From an uncultured virus (IMG/VR IMGVR_UViG_3300034272_002779) (lineage: Duplodnaviria; Heunggongvirae; Uroviricota; Caudoviricetes), in the IMG/VR virus record IMGVR_UViG_3300034272_002779: a stretch of 64,000 nt of DNA. One strand, given 5' to 3'. The notes under the pieces are model-generated. The model searched no databases. It saw only the letters and a list, made by a program, of their open reading frames with translations, and had not been told where the DNA came from. The translations under genes and the position numbers were made by a program. Below are positions 30,838 through 40,187 of the stretch, one piece after another; within the stretch, counting starts at the first letter, position 1; the number at the start of each line of letters is the position of its first letter.

Positions 30838-31161
30838 TTACTCCTTCCATTTCCATTTACATCCTAATCTCGTTTTTTCTGGATGATTGATACCTGTAAA
30901 TAAGCTGCCACAACTAGCATTATAGAATTTGGCAGCCTCTGATAAACTGTTCCATTCTCTAATAAAATTCATATTTAAATCCATCTGGATTAGGATTTTT
31001 GCTCTAGTTCTGTGGTTTCTTTCCTTTCCCTTCTGTGATTTACTCATTTTTTCCCTAGATTCTTGAGTATGAGATTTTCCTAACCATGATATTTTTTTCT
31101 TATGCTCTTCTGTAAACTTCCTGCATTTATTAATGCTAACTAATTCTCCATTTAGATATCT
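30838..31161 (-). pseudogene. Truncated homing endonuclease C-terminus (NUMOD3/NUMOD1-like DNA-binding repeats)
   Basis: Frame reads RYLNGELVSINK..FTEEHKKKIS..GKSHTQESREKMSKSQKG..IREWNSLSEAAK..GCKWKW, preceded by in-frame stops; no nuclease domain. Confidence 0.65.
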
Positions 31162-31367
31162 TTATTAGGGGTGTTATTTTTTACATTGATACCCATAAAA
31201 AAATATAATCCAAAAAATAGGAGAGATGTGAAATAGAAGATTAAATCGGTTGCCCAATATGACCCTGTCCACTTCATCACAAGAGCGAATAAAGCGTCGA
31301 ATCCTAGTGGATTGAAAAACGTTGCTAGGATCAGGGCAACTGTCTGGATCTTTTTTCTGTGATTCAT
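31152..31367 (-). CDS. Small membrane protein
   Basis: ATFFNPLGFDALFALVMKWTGSYW, two TM helices; start uncertain. Confidence 0.65.
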   Translation of the reverse strand: MNHRKKIQTVALILATFFNPLGFDALFALVMKWTGSYWATDLIFYFTSLLFFGLYFFMGINVKNNTPNKDI

Positions 31368-31528
31368 TATCCTTATGCTCAGGGTCCATAGTGGAAAATT
31401 TTTGCACAATTTTTATTCATAGTGGAAAAAAATTGAGGGATTCGAGTTATCCGATTGTATATATTGGAAAATTTTTAATTTTGCCGAAATATTTTGAATG
31501 ACACTCATATAAATTAAAAATAATAATT

Positions 31529-31837
31529 ATGGCAAATTTTGAAGCATGGGTAGATGTTGATCCAGATGATTACTGGAGAGAAATGTCTAAAAGGGAAAAG
31601 AAGGAAATGATCGGTATACTTGTGGAAGAGGCATCAGAAGATAATGATCTCATGGATTCACTAAAAGAAAACTTAAGCGAATATTCTAAAGGAAAAGCCG
31701 CATTAATATTTAGCTCGGATGCCTCTTATGATCAGATAGATTTTGAGAAGTCTCTTGTTGCTCTACAGGGAGCTTATTATAGTTTATCCAAGGAAAAGAT
31801 CGACCAGATAAACGAGATTGCTAAGTTATACAAATAA
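31529..31837 (+). CDS. Hypothetical protein
   Basis: 102 aa ORF. Confidence 0.65.
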   Translation: MANFEAWVDVDPDDYWREMSKREKKEMIGILVEEASEDNDLMDSLKENLSEYSKGKAALIFSSDASYDQIDFEKSLVALQGAYYSLSKEKIDQINEIAKLYK

Positions 31838-31838
31838 A

Positions 31839-32246
31839 ATGGAGTTACTAAACACACATCCAATTAAGAAGTCTGATTTGGGTTTCCATGGGAATCTATT
31901 TGGAGGAAAACTATTGGCTTGGATCGATGCAGCTGCAGCTGGTTATTCGATGCAGCTATGTGATACGCCAAGAATGGTAACTGTACAGATAGACAAGTGC
32001 AATTTTGAAAAACCAGCAAGAGAAGGACAGCTACTTAAAATATATGGTTATCCGACAGGAGTTGGTAACAGTTCTATTACTTTAATTATGGAGGCTAGAG
32101 CTCATAATGTTTATACTGGTAAGCAAATATTAGTTCTTAGAACACACATTAAATTTGTTCATATAGATGAGGAGGGACATCCGATACCTATCGGTGAGAA
32201 GGGGAAAAATAGAATCAACGATCTTATCGCTGATTTATCAAAATAA
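31839..32246 (+). CDS. Acyl-CoA thioesterase (hotdog fold)
   Basis: DLGFHGNLFGGKLLAWIDAAA, VGNSSI, FVHIDEEG. Confidence 0.88.
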   Translation: MELLNTHPIKKSDLGFHGNLFGGKLLAWIDAAAAGYSMQLCDTPRMVTVQIDKCNFEKPAREGQLLKIYGYPTGVGNSSITLIMEARAHNVYTGKQILVLRTHIKFVHIDEEGHPIPIGEKGKNRINDLIADLSK

Positions 32247-32315
32247 ATTTTTCAAATTATTTTTTTCCCCCGTAATCCTTTAATATATTTGAGTATAATT
32301 TAAAAAACATTATTT

Positions 32316-32753
32316 ATGGCTTACGAAAAAAAACCAGTTAACACAGCCGCTCCTTCTAACAATAAGGCGTGGACAAAAGATGATCTAAACATCCTACAGT
32401 CTTTGGCTGCAAAGGGTGCTTCAACCGTAGAGATCGCTAAGATCTTAGGAAGAACTAAAGCTTCTATATGGTGCAGAAAAAGCTCCATGGGCATTGATAG
32501 AAGATTGGCTTCCTCTAAAGGGAAGGGAATCGTTGCTCCGACTACAGTTAGCACCAAGATGCGAGGAGGTAAAAAGAAATTAAAAATCGAAACTCCTAAA
32601 ATGGAAACTCAGAAAAATGAAACTAAGATGAGTCTCCCTAAGGCAAATCCAGCACCACAGACCACTGTATATGCTAACGCAGTTCAAGGTCTAATGGATC
32701 TTAAGAAGTTAGCTAAGGTAACCGGAGCTAAAATTGTCATCACACTGGAGTAA
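32316..32753 (+). CDS. Myb/HTH-like DNA-binding protein
   Basis: WTKDDLNIL...EIAKILGRTKASI. Confidence 0.65.
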   Translation: MAYEKKPVNTAAPSNNKAWTKDDLNILQSLAAKGASTVEIAKILGRTKASIWCRKSSMGIDRRLASSKGKGIVAPTTVSTKMRGGKKKLKIETPKMETQKNETKMSLPKANPAPQTTVYANAVQGLMDLKKLAKVTGAKIVITLE

Positions 32754-32773
32754 TTAAACTCTTATACCGAAAT

Positions 32774-32806
32774 AAAATCCCTGTCTCTAATAGGCAGGGA
32801 TTTTTT
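32774..32806 (+). terminator. Intrinsic terminator
   Basis: AAAATCCCTGTCT-ctaat-AGGCAGGGATTTTT. Confidence 0.75.
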
Positions 32807-32821
32807 GTGATATATAGATTC

Positions 32822-33307
32822 ATGAGGTATATCCAGCTATTCGAATCATACACAGCAACTAATGCCGACTATAGTGCTATGGTATTCAACGTTCCTAATT
32901 TCAAGGAGGATTTTGAAAAATTAGCTGAGGCATTTCTCAGAGATTTGGGAAAGGATTATGATCTTAGAAAGGGAGAGAAATTCGATCCAAAGATAGGGAA
33001 CTGTGCATGGTACTCCAAGAAGTTCTTCGAGTGGTGTGAGAATCAGAGACTGCCGATTAAACTTATCTACTTCGACGAAACAAAGAAGAACAAGGAGGCT
33101 CATATAGCTCCTTATTTGGAAGGATGGGTTATAGATTTTACATATAAGCAATTCTCCGATAACTCCAAACAATCTTTTAGAGTTGGTAAGCCAGAGGATT
33201 ATGAAAAGTTAGGGTATGTTCTTAGTCCAGAAAACATCTACGAGGAATTCCCTAATTGGATAGAGACGATATATAGTTTGAAAAAAAAGGAAGATGAGGT
33301 ACATTAA
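32822..33307 (+). CDS. Papain/transglutaminase-like fold protein with leader
   Basis: MRYIQLFESY; GNCAW, AHIA, VIDFTYKQF (Cys-His-Asp). Confidence 0.6.
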   Translation: MRYIQLFESYTATNADYSAMVFNVPNFKEDFEKLAEAFLRDLGKDYDLRKGEKFDPKIGNCAWYSKKFFEWCENQRLPIKLIYFDETKKNKEAHIAPYLEGWVIDFTYKQFSDNSKQSFRVGKPEDYEKLGYVLSPENIYEEFPNWIETIYSLKKKEDEVH

Positions 33308-34112
33308 GCTATTTGAATATTTCTCTCCTGGAGATGGCAATAAGCTAAAGCATTTTATATTGGATGGTGCATCTTCCGCAGGTAAAAGCTCAGCTTTGGT
33401 TAATCTAGATTCATCTTGGTGTGTATTAGCGGTAGACTCTTTTTACAATGTTATGTTTGAAGAATTGGGAATGGAAGATTTTGGTAATAGGGGAAAGCCA
33501 ACTATTTCAGAGATCTATCCAGGATGTCCATATAAGTATACTAGTCCAGAGGATTATCCTAATTACGATAAGGCTGCTAGATGGTATATGGCACAAGAAG
33601 CTATGTATGGTAAGATTTTTGAAACAGGTCTAAAAGATGCTTCGGGAAATCTATTCGGTAAGCCACACGATAAGAATAAGGTGATATATGATGATGTTGA
33701 GGGGAGGGTGATCGATATGTTTAATAAGGCGGATAAACCAAAATGGTTACTTATTCATGCTCCCATAGATCACACTATTAAGAATGTTCAGAGAAGGGGA
33801 GACAGACCTTTGGATGGTGTTCTTAAGAATTCCTACTGTTTTAAGTATTATGCAAAACCTATTCGAGGTGGTGTTGACCCAGATAAGTCATGGACTGCCG
33901 ATGAGATAAGATCTTTACTACCGAAAGAAGAATGGGTAGAAGTATTTCTAACGGATCTCGGTATATCGGATGAGAATAGAGAATATTGGATTTACCCTAA
34001 ACCACAGCCTCAGGGTGAATATGACGTGATTATTAACACAAGAGACAGTAAAGGAAATCAAAAGTCGATAGAGCAAATTGCAAAAGAGGCTAAAATAAAA
34101 TTTGAACAGTGA
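33294..34112 (+). CDS. P-loop small-molecule kinase (CPT-like) with leader
   Basis: MRYIKLFEYF; LDGASSAGKS, VIYDDV, RRGDR, YDVIINT. Confidence 0.68.
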   Translation: MRYIKLFEYFSPGDGNKLKHFILDGASSAGKSSALVNLDSSWCVLAVDSFYNVMFEELGMEDFGNRGKPTISEIYPGCPYKYTSPEDYPNYDKAARWYMAQEAMYGKIFETGLKDASGNLFGKPHDKNKVIYDDVEGRVIDMFNKADKPKWLLIHAPIDHTIKNVQRRGDRPLDGVLKNSYCFKYYAKPIRGGVDPDKSWTADEIRSLLPKEEWVEVFLTDLGISDENREYWIYPKPQPQGEYDVIINTRDSKGNQKSIEQIAKEAKIKFEQ

Positions 34113-34924
34113 GATACATTAAATTATTTGAATATTTTCAAAAAACCAGACAGACATCGGATATCACTCTAGCGTGGTCTACGAGAAGACTAAATCCTCT
34201 GGACATTGGGGTATGGAAAGGAAAGGGCATAGAACCCAATAGAAAAGTCTATAAGAAAGGAACGATGGACGGAATACCGTATTCTAGTAGAACCATGTTT
34301 ACATTCCCGAATGACGGAACCCTTTTAGAAAATATCAAATACATCTCAGGAGGAATAACAAGAAAAGATGTTGCTGAATTGGTTGATTATGGGATTTCTT
34401 TGCTCCCTAGTAAAATGGAGCTGGAGAATTATGATGTTGTTCTTATACCGGATAGCAGATCTAGGTTATTGGTTGAAATGGTTGATGCTCTTTTAGACAT
34501 AGCTCCATCATATTCATCACATAAAAAGGAATGGAAGCCAAATGTAATAAGCAGAGCTTTTAGTAAAAGAAACTGTAACGAGGTAGAGTGGGATATGGAT
34601 AAATTGAATAGGGTAAACTCTCAGGACACGAGAAATCAAGTACTGAGGATTATAGAAAAAGTAAGGGGAAGAACTGAGCCCTTTAGATTATCCGATCATT
34701 TACAATATCCGCCACATAGAAAATTTGTAGCCAGATTCATGGATATAAGCCCGATAGCTCAAGAGGATGTCAGAGGTAAAAGAGTCTTAATCGTTGATGA
34801 CTTTGTTACAGACGGAACAACTAAAAGACAGATGAGGGATCTAGTTTTACCCTTTGGTCCTAGAGAGGTTACTAACTTGGCTCTATTTAATATCAAGGGA
34901 GCGAGAGACTCCGACGAGGCTTAG
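34109..34924 (+). CDS. Type I phosphoribosyltransferase-fold protein with leader
   Basis: MRYIKLFEYF; PRPP-binding loop RVLIVDDFVTDGTT. Confidence 0.72.
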   Translation: MRYIKLFEYFQKTRQTSDITLAWSTRRLNPLDIGVWKGKGIEPNRKVYKKGTMDGIPYSSRTMFTFPNDGTLLENIKYISGGITRKDVAELVDYGISLLPSKMELENYDVVLIPDSRSRLLVEMVDALLDIAPSYSSHKKEWKPNVISRAFSKRNCNEVEWDMDKLNRVNSQDTRNQVLRIIEKVRGRTEPFRLSDHLQYPPHRKFVARFMDISPIAQEDVRGKRVLIVDDFVTDGTTKRQMRDLVLPFGPREVTNLALFNIKGARDSDEA

Positions 34925-35010
34925 TATTTATTAATTTTAAAGCACTTTAAAGAGCTTTATTAGAGAAGCTAAGTTATCCGATAGATTTATCTAAATAATG
35001 TCTTATAACA

Positions 35011-35038
35011 CAAAAAAAGGAGCTAAAAAGCTCCTTTT
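35011..35038. terminator. Bidirectional terminator
   Basis: AAAAAAAGGAGCT-aaa-AGCTCCTTTT between convergent operons. Confidence 0.75.
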
Positions 35039-35057
35039 ATTATTTATTTTGATAGTC

Positions 35058-35513
35058 TTATTGTGCTTGATTAAATAGACCTCCTAATTTAGAAAAGAAA
35101 GAAACCTTCGAGGGATCTGGTCTAAGTTCTTTAGAGGTATCTATATCAGTTTGGGAGATGCTACCAAGAACAGTAGGTATAGCCTCAACCATAGATTTAG
35201 CAAGCTTAGGTGCCTGTGATTTTATCTGATTGATAAATCCAGGATCTATACCGGGAACATCATTTAGAATGCCTTCAATTCTTTGCTGAAGATAAGATGC
35301 TGCACTTGCGGGATTGGTATCCGCCATTTTTGCAATTCTCTCAGCCTCACCCGATACTAAAACTGATTTAGCCATTAAACCAGCGATAAGCTTCATAGCC
35401 TCATCCGAAACACCGGATACTGTGAAGTCGATCTCACCAAAAATAGGTGGAGCTGCTTCTACCCCAGCTTCCTGAGATTCGAACATTTTTCTGAAGTGTA
35501 CTATATTTTCCAT
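35058..35513 (-). CDS. Hypothetical protein with leader
   Basis: MENIVHFRKMFES. Confidence 0.7.
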   Translation of the reverse strand: MENIVHFRKMFESQEAGVEAAPPIFGEIDFTVSGVSDEAMKLIAGLMAKSVLVSGEAERIAKMADTNPASAASYLQQRIEGILNDVPGIDPGFINQIKSQAPKLAKSMVEAIPTVLGSISQTDIDTSKELRPDPSKVSFFSKLGGLFNQAQ

Positions 35514-35520
35514 TTATTAA

Positions 35521-36177
35521 TTATTTTTTAGTTGAATATTTCGCTGCTATATCAGCAAGTTTACCGAATAGGATTAACCATTTAGGGTCAGTCTCTCCCA
35601 ATTGCTGCATAGTGTATCTTGTTGGTGAATTCTCAAAATCTATTTCGTTACCAACCTTCTTGTAAAGGAAAGAATATCCACCAAAGTTTTCCGGGCCTAA
35701 TTTTATCATATTTCTGACGTCCTCCGGTGATTTATCTATGAATGGGTTATAGAAATTAAATCTAAGATTCTCGATATCATAAAATACGTCAATAAAGAAT
35801 GAGCATTTAGGAAACCCTGCATCTACCTTAGATTTTTCGGTTCTTGTTGCTTCAACAACTAGACCTGCTCCACTTTTTTCTCCTACACATCCCCAGTAAA
35901 TGTCCTCGTAATTTCCAAATTTAAATGATGCCGGCTTTATCACACCATATCCAGGAACCTTGTAAACCTTACCTGTTAAATCTGAGGTGATTAAATCCTT
36001 AATATCCTTAGTGTATCTAGTTAGGACATCAGTTTGAGGTTTAAGCATTCCTCTAGACTTTGCTTCCACTGCTTTACGAACAGAAGTTCCCTTCATTAAC
36101 TTATTAGTTTCCAGATAATTTACAGCAGATTGCTCGGCTTGTTGAGTAAAAGCTTCAAAAAGATTAATATATTTCAT
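35521..36177 (-). CDS. Hypothetical protein with leader
   Basis: MKYINLFEAF. Confidence 0.7.
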   Translation of the reverse strand: MKYINLFEAFTQQAEQSAVNYLETNKLMKGTSVRKAVEAKSRGMLKPQTDVLTRYTKDIKDLITSDLTGKVYKVPGYGVIKPASFKFGNYEDIYWGCVGEKSGAGLVVEATRTEKSKVDAGFPKCSFFIDVFYDIENLRFNFYNPFIDKSPEDVRNMIKLGPENFGGYSFLYKKVGNEIDFENSPTRYTMQQLGETDPKWLILFGKLADIAAKYSTKK

Positions 36178-36213
36178 TTTGATTGGATTTATATTTACCC
36201 TATATATTCAACC

Positions 36214-37308
36214 CTAGATTTGTTTTAATGCGAATCCTAAATCCGAAAAATCCCTCATACCTGTTCTTTTCAATATACCATCCTTAATATCTGGATGATT
36301 TTTAAGGTACTGTAGGTCCAACGGATTTTTTTGGAAATGACTATCTGGCAAAGCCGTTGCAATAAATTCCTTAAATTTATCATCATCCTTACTAAATGCC
36401 ATATAATGCGAAATTTGATAGTGATGGTCTATATATGAGCCAGGACCCTTATCCATTATCATAGGAAGTACCTCTATATCGAAAGGAGAAGCGTAAAAGT
36501 AATCACACTGGAAAGCAACTATTTTTCTTTCCCTATCGAAATATCCAGCTAGAGAATTTAATGCAGGTGATTCTGACATGGTTCTTCTTTCATGGTTTAC
36601 CGATAAAATTCTAAGAGGTTCCGAAACCTCTATAGTAGGAAATGTCATTAGATCTTTGATTCCTCCCAGAGAGTATAGTAGCATTTCTCCGCCAACTTTT
36701 TCGGGGAGAAATTCCAATGACTCCAGATCATTCAACCGAATGATCACAAATTTACCCTTCACTGTACCAAAATTTATAGATGCTAGTATATCTGGATCAG
36801 ATGTTTGAGGATCCTGTGAGAATGTTCCCGAAATATCCACTGCTTGACTTACTCTATTCCATTTCCATTTAGATTTAGTCCCCTTGTTTATCTCGATAAT
36901 CTGATTAGCCGTCAAAGGACCAGTATTTTCATTTGGCTCATTCCTTTTTATTTCTCCGGAAAATCTATCAAGTAGATTAAGAAGCATATCATACAGGGTG
37001 AAATCACTCTGGTATCTTTTAATAAATCCAGAGGTTGCCGCTTTATCTCTTATATAACCGGATTTCTGTAAAACGATTCCGTCTGGGTACATATAAGAAA
37101 TTGATGGATTATTGGTTTTTAACATGATGGTAGAGTTCTTGGCTTGAAGTGGGGTTGTGACTTCTACAAATCCGATATCCTCTAAAGACTTCCATATTCC
37201 CATTTCTTTCCAGTTAGAAGGCCAATGTTCTTTTTCTATATCAGATAGATTTGAATTCTCGTAGATATAACCAGAATTAAACTCCTTGAACCCCTTTATA
37301 TTTTTCAT
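36214..37308 (-). CDS. Diverged LRR-family protein with leader
   Basis: MKNIKGFKEF; LTANQI..W..VDISGTF..INFGTVKGKF..LESLEFLPEKVGG aligns by eye with the N-cap and repeat of the 44.7-49.6 kb LRR paralogs. Confidence 0.65.
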   Translation of the reverse strand: MKNIKGFKEFNSGYIYENSNLSDIEKEHWPSNWKEMGIWKSLEDIGFVEVTTPLQAKNSTIMLKTNNPSISYMYPDGIVLQKSGYIRDKAATSGFIKRYQSDFTLYDMLLNLLDRFSGEIKRNEPNENTGPLTANQIIEINKGTKSKWKWNRVSQAVDISGTFSQDPQTSDPDILASINFGTVKGKFVIIRLNDLESLEFLPEKVGGEMLLYSLGGIKDLMTFPTIEVSEPLRILSVNHERRTMSESPALNSLAGYFDRERKIVAFQCDYFYASPFDIEVLPMIMDKGPGSYIDHHYQISHYMAFSKDDDKFKEFIATALPDSHFQKNPLDLQYLKNHPDIKDGILKRTGMRDFSDLGFALKQI

Positions 37309-37409
37309 ATATAAAATTAATTTTTTGCAATTTATTAAATCATTACGATGGATAAAAAATATTAATATATTTCATTCCAATTATATTTACCGTGTATCCA
37401 TAAATTTTT

Positions 37410-37640
37410 CTATTCCTCAGCAGAAACCTCAAATTGGTAGGGTTCCCCGAGGATGGGCTCTGTCCCCTCGTAATATTCGATATACCAAAACACTGGATTA
37501 TCCAAACTTGCTTCCTTGTAGTCGACGTAATATTTAGTTACGTCTTCAGCTGTTTTAGGAAGTCCGTAGTAATCAGCACACGATTTCCTTGCATCTATAG
37601 CCTCTTGTTCAGTTGTATATTTATATCCATCAATAAACAT
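37410..37640 (-). CDS. Small virion-associated/chaperone-like protein
   Basis: 76 aa overlapping the end of the upstream fibre-like gene. Confidence 0.55.
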   Translation of the reverse strand: MFIDGYKYTTEQEAIDARKSCADYYGLPKTAEDVTKYYVDYKEASLDNPVFWYIEYYEGTEPILGEPYQFEVSAEE

Positions 37641-39327
37641 CCCAGTAAGTATTTATGTTTGATTCTATTCCTGTTCTATTTGCACTCTGATCAGAATCCC
37701 AATATATGTATTCAGCATATCTACCCGAAGTTGTGCCCGATCCGGTTCGGCCAAAGTAAATAAAATTAGCACCAGTTGCTGGAATTTGGGTGGCTGTCGT
37801 AGCCGAAGCGCTACCGTTAACATAAGCAGTTTTTAAATCACTTGAATTTTTTTCCGAAGTAATTATAAACGCACCTACATTAACATCGAACCCATGGCTT
37901 ACCAGAGAACTCATGTCGCTCCTCAATCTTCCCGTTGTAGCTTGCCAATATAAAGGTTGCTGACCCTGTATGCCGCCAATAGTACTATTACCAATTGAAC
38001 CGATATTAATAGTATTCGAAGTTCTATTGACAACACCTACCGATAAATATCGTGTATTTGGACTTATCCCAGATGCTAATGAATAACTATCATTTACCCA
38101 AGTAGTGGTTATTTTACCTGTATTTGGGTCTGTTATAATTGAACCACCTGAAACAATTTGAGCTTGATCTGCTGTTGCTGCTTGTGTTGAATTATTCGAG
38201 TTTGTACTTTGGTCATACCAGGTTGTTACAAAACCACCACCTGCTGAAGCTAACGTTTTTTGATATGCCCTAAGATCTGCTGTTTTACTTAATTGAAAGC
38301 CCCAAACATAAGCACCAGAAGTACCGTCCCCCGCATAGGCTAACTCTCCATTCGCAGCTCTTAAATAAATTCTAAAACAATTTGAAGTAGAAGTTTGCCC
38401 AGCAGTAATTTTAACTGAAAATCTATACCACCCGTTAGATTCTGCTGATATTACGGGCGAATTCGTAAAATTGCTACCCGATATAGTTCCATCTATTAAA
38501 TTTATGACGCAAGCTTGTGTAGTTCCGGGTAGGAGTGATTCAAATCTTACGCTTGTTCTTTCTCCTTGTTTTAGATATAGAGATAAATTATAATCCGCTC
38601 CAATTACAGCAGTAACTCCTCCAGTTTTGTTCAATATATGGGTTGCATCTGATGTACCTTCGATAAGTTTATCACCGGATAGGGTATTGTCTGGAGCTGT
38701 TATAACATTTAAATAGGGAGGAGTCCCAGTTACATTTAAAGAGGCATACGAGTAGGTGGACGTCTGACTTATATCTTCCGAATATGTTGTTATATTATAA
38801 CCTATGAAATCGAGTAAACCTACCGTGTCCAGATCATTGGAAGAAAATCCTATATCTTGTTCAGCGTCATCCAACGATCTTCTTACCCTTATGGCACTTC
38901 CAGAGTAAGCTGTTCTGAGTTTACGCAACGAATAAGCTAATGCTGCATTTGGGTATAGATCAAGTAAAGGTGTAATTAGGGGGAAAGAAGTCCAATATCC
39001 ATTATTATTTAAATATGTCTTTGCGGAAGATCCGTCCGAAAAAGATTGGCCAAATATACTGTTTGTTAGATCAACAAAAGATTGCTCCGTTAATGATCCG
39101 CTTCTCCAAAATCCAACTGATGCTCCCAATCCATCTGGTGTGGGTTGATTCCCCCCGGGAACTGATGCCGCTATAACATATCCTAGATCCTCATCCGGAC
39201 CATTCCACCAGCTAACCCCAGTAGATCCAAACCCAGATGATGGGTATCCGACAGCCAGGTTACCAACCTGTTCGGTTCCTGCAATAGAAGCTCCTGTGTT
39301 ATATGCGAATGGTCTTGCTGTTGGCAT
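37630..39327 (-). CDS. Virion fibre/spike-like protein with concanavalin/LamG-like domains
   Basis: Gly/Ser/Thr-rich; AYSLRKLRTAYSGSAIRVRR, NGWYRFSV, GAYVWGFQL, FVTTWYDQS. Confidence 0.65.
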   Translation of the reverse strand: MPTARPFAYNTGASIAGTEQVGNLAVGYPSSGFGSTGVSWWNGPDEDLGYVIAASVPGGNQPTPDGLGASVGFWRSGSLTEQSFVDLTNSIFGQSFSDGSSAKTYLNNNGYWTSFPLITPLLDLYPNAALAYSLRKLRTAYSGSAIRVRRSLDDAEQDIGFSSNDLDTVGLLDFIGYNITTYSEDISQTSTYSYASLNVTGTPPYLNVITAPDNTLSGDKLIEGTSDATHILNKTGGVTAVIGADYNLSLYLKQGERTSVRFESLLPGTTQACVINLIDGTISGSNFTNSPVISAESNGWYRFSVKITAGQTSTSNCFRIYLRAANGELAYAGDGTSGAYVWGFQLSKTADLRAYQKTLASAGGGFVTTWYDQSTNSNNSTQAATADQAQIVSGGSIITDPNTGKITTTWVNDSYSLASGISPNTRYLSVGVVNRTSNTINIGSIGNSTIGGIQGQQPLYWQATTGRLRSDMSSLVSHGFDVNVGAFIITSEKNSSDLKTAYVNGSASATTATQIPATGANFIYFGRTGSGTTSGRYAEYIYWDSDQSANRTGIESNINTYWDVY

Positions 39328-39377
39328 CTCTTTATATATTCTAAATAAATATATAGATCACAAATAGAATTAAAATA

Positions 39378-39947
39378 ATGGCATCGTCAATTAACCCTAT
39401 ATCGGTTACTCTCCATGAGTTGGGATCATATCTAGCAGATAATGGAATAGAAGTAAATCTATGGGGCAGAGGAGCTGCTAAAACGGTAGATCATCTCTTA
39501 CAGGAGATACGATCTGGGGAATGCGAATTAACAGAAACGGAAGATGGATTAATCCGAGTAATCCACGTGGTCTCTGCTAATATCTACTATGAGGACACAT
39601 TCGGAATGTTTATTCTAAAAGAGGACAAACAGGTTTTCAAAGGAGGCAGAACAAAAACAAGATCTTTAAACACTTCTCTATCAGAAAAGATTGGACCGAA
39701 TGAAATACCCCTGGAAGGGATCATCCGAGGAATAAAGGAAGAATTAAACATAACGATATCACCAGACCAGATAAAAGAGGTTTCCAAATTTAATGAGTCT
39801 AGGGAATCGAATTCTTTTCCTGGTCTATCTACAATCTATATGGGAACTAGGTTTTCTTGCAGATTAAACAGGGATCAATATAAACCGAATGGCTATATAG
39901 AGGTTCAGAATGACAAGACCGTTTATTTTAAATGGGAGAAGGCTTAA
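39378..39947 (+). CDS. Degenerate Nudix-like hydrolase
   Basis: EKIGPNE.PLEGIIRGIKEELNI resembles a Nudix box. Confidence 0.55.
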   Translation: MASSINPISVTLHELGSYLADNGIEVNLWGRGAAKTVDHLLQEIRSGECELTETEDGLIRVIHVVSANIYYEDTFGMFILKEDKQVFKGGRTKTRSLNTSLSEKIGPNEIPLEGIIRGIKEELNITISPDQIKEVSKFNESRESNSFPGLSTIYMGTRFSCRLNRDQYKPNGYIEVQNDKTVYFKWEKA

Positions 39948-39949
39948 AT

Positions 39950-40150
39950 AAAAAAGGATCGGAGTAGCGAATTCCGATCCTTAGTAGTCGTAACTACTCC
40001 GGTCCTAAAATGGGGGATTAAACCCGCCGGATATCTTTATGATAATTTATTCGAGGTATTAGCCCTACTGCCAATGGCACCCCGCTAAGAGTGCCATTGG
40101 AGGGAGATGATTCTGACACGAGGTCCGAATTTCTTAAATACCTTCTCTTT
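39950..40150 (-). ncRNA. Candidate structured ncRNA (~200 nt)
   Basis: Late promoter motif at 40155-40162(-), several stems, terminator 39950-39982 with U-tract on the - strand, no substantial ORF. Confidence 0.5.
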
Positions 40151-40187
40151 CGTCTATATATTACAGTTGAGGATAAAAATATGTGAA

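Noticed and set aside
27204..39947. NAD reconstitution pathway (SLOG, NadR-like kinase, PRTase, Nudix-like)
   Set aside because: The genes are scattered and no Nampt/Namat or NMN adenylyltransferase is present in the window
40105..40135. Hammerhead-like CTGA...GAA segment
   Set aside because: Does not match the CUGANGA/GAAA core with the required flanking stems
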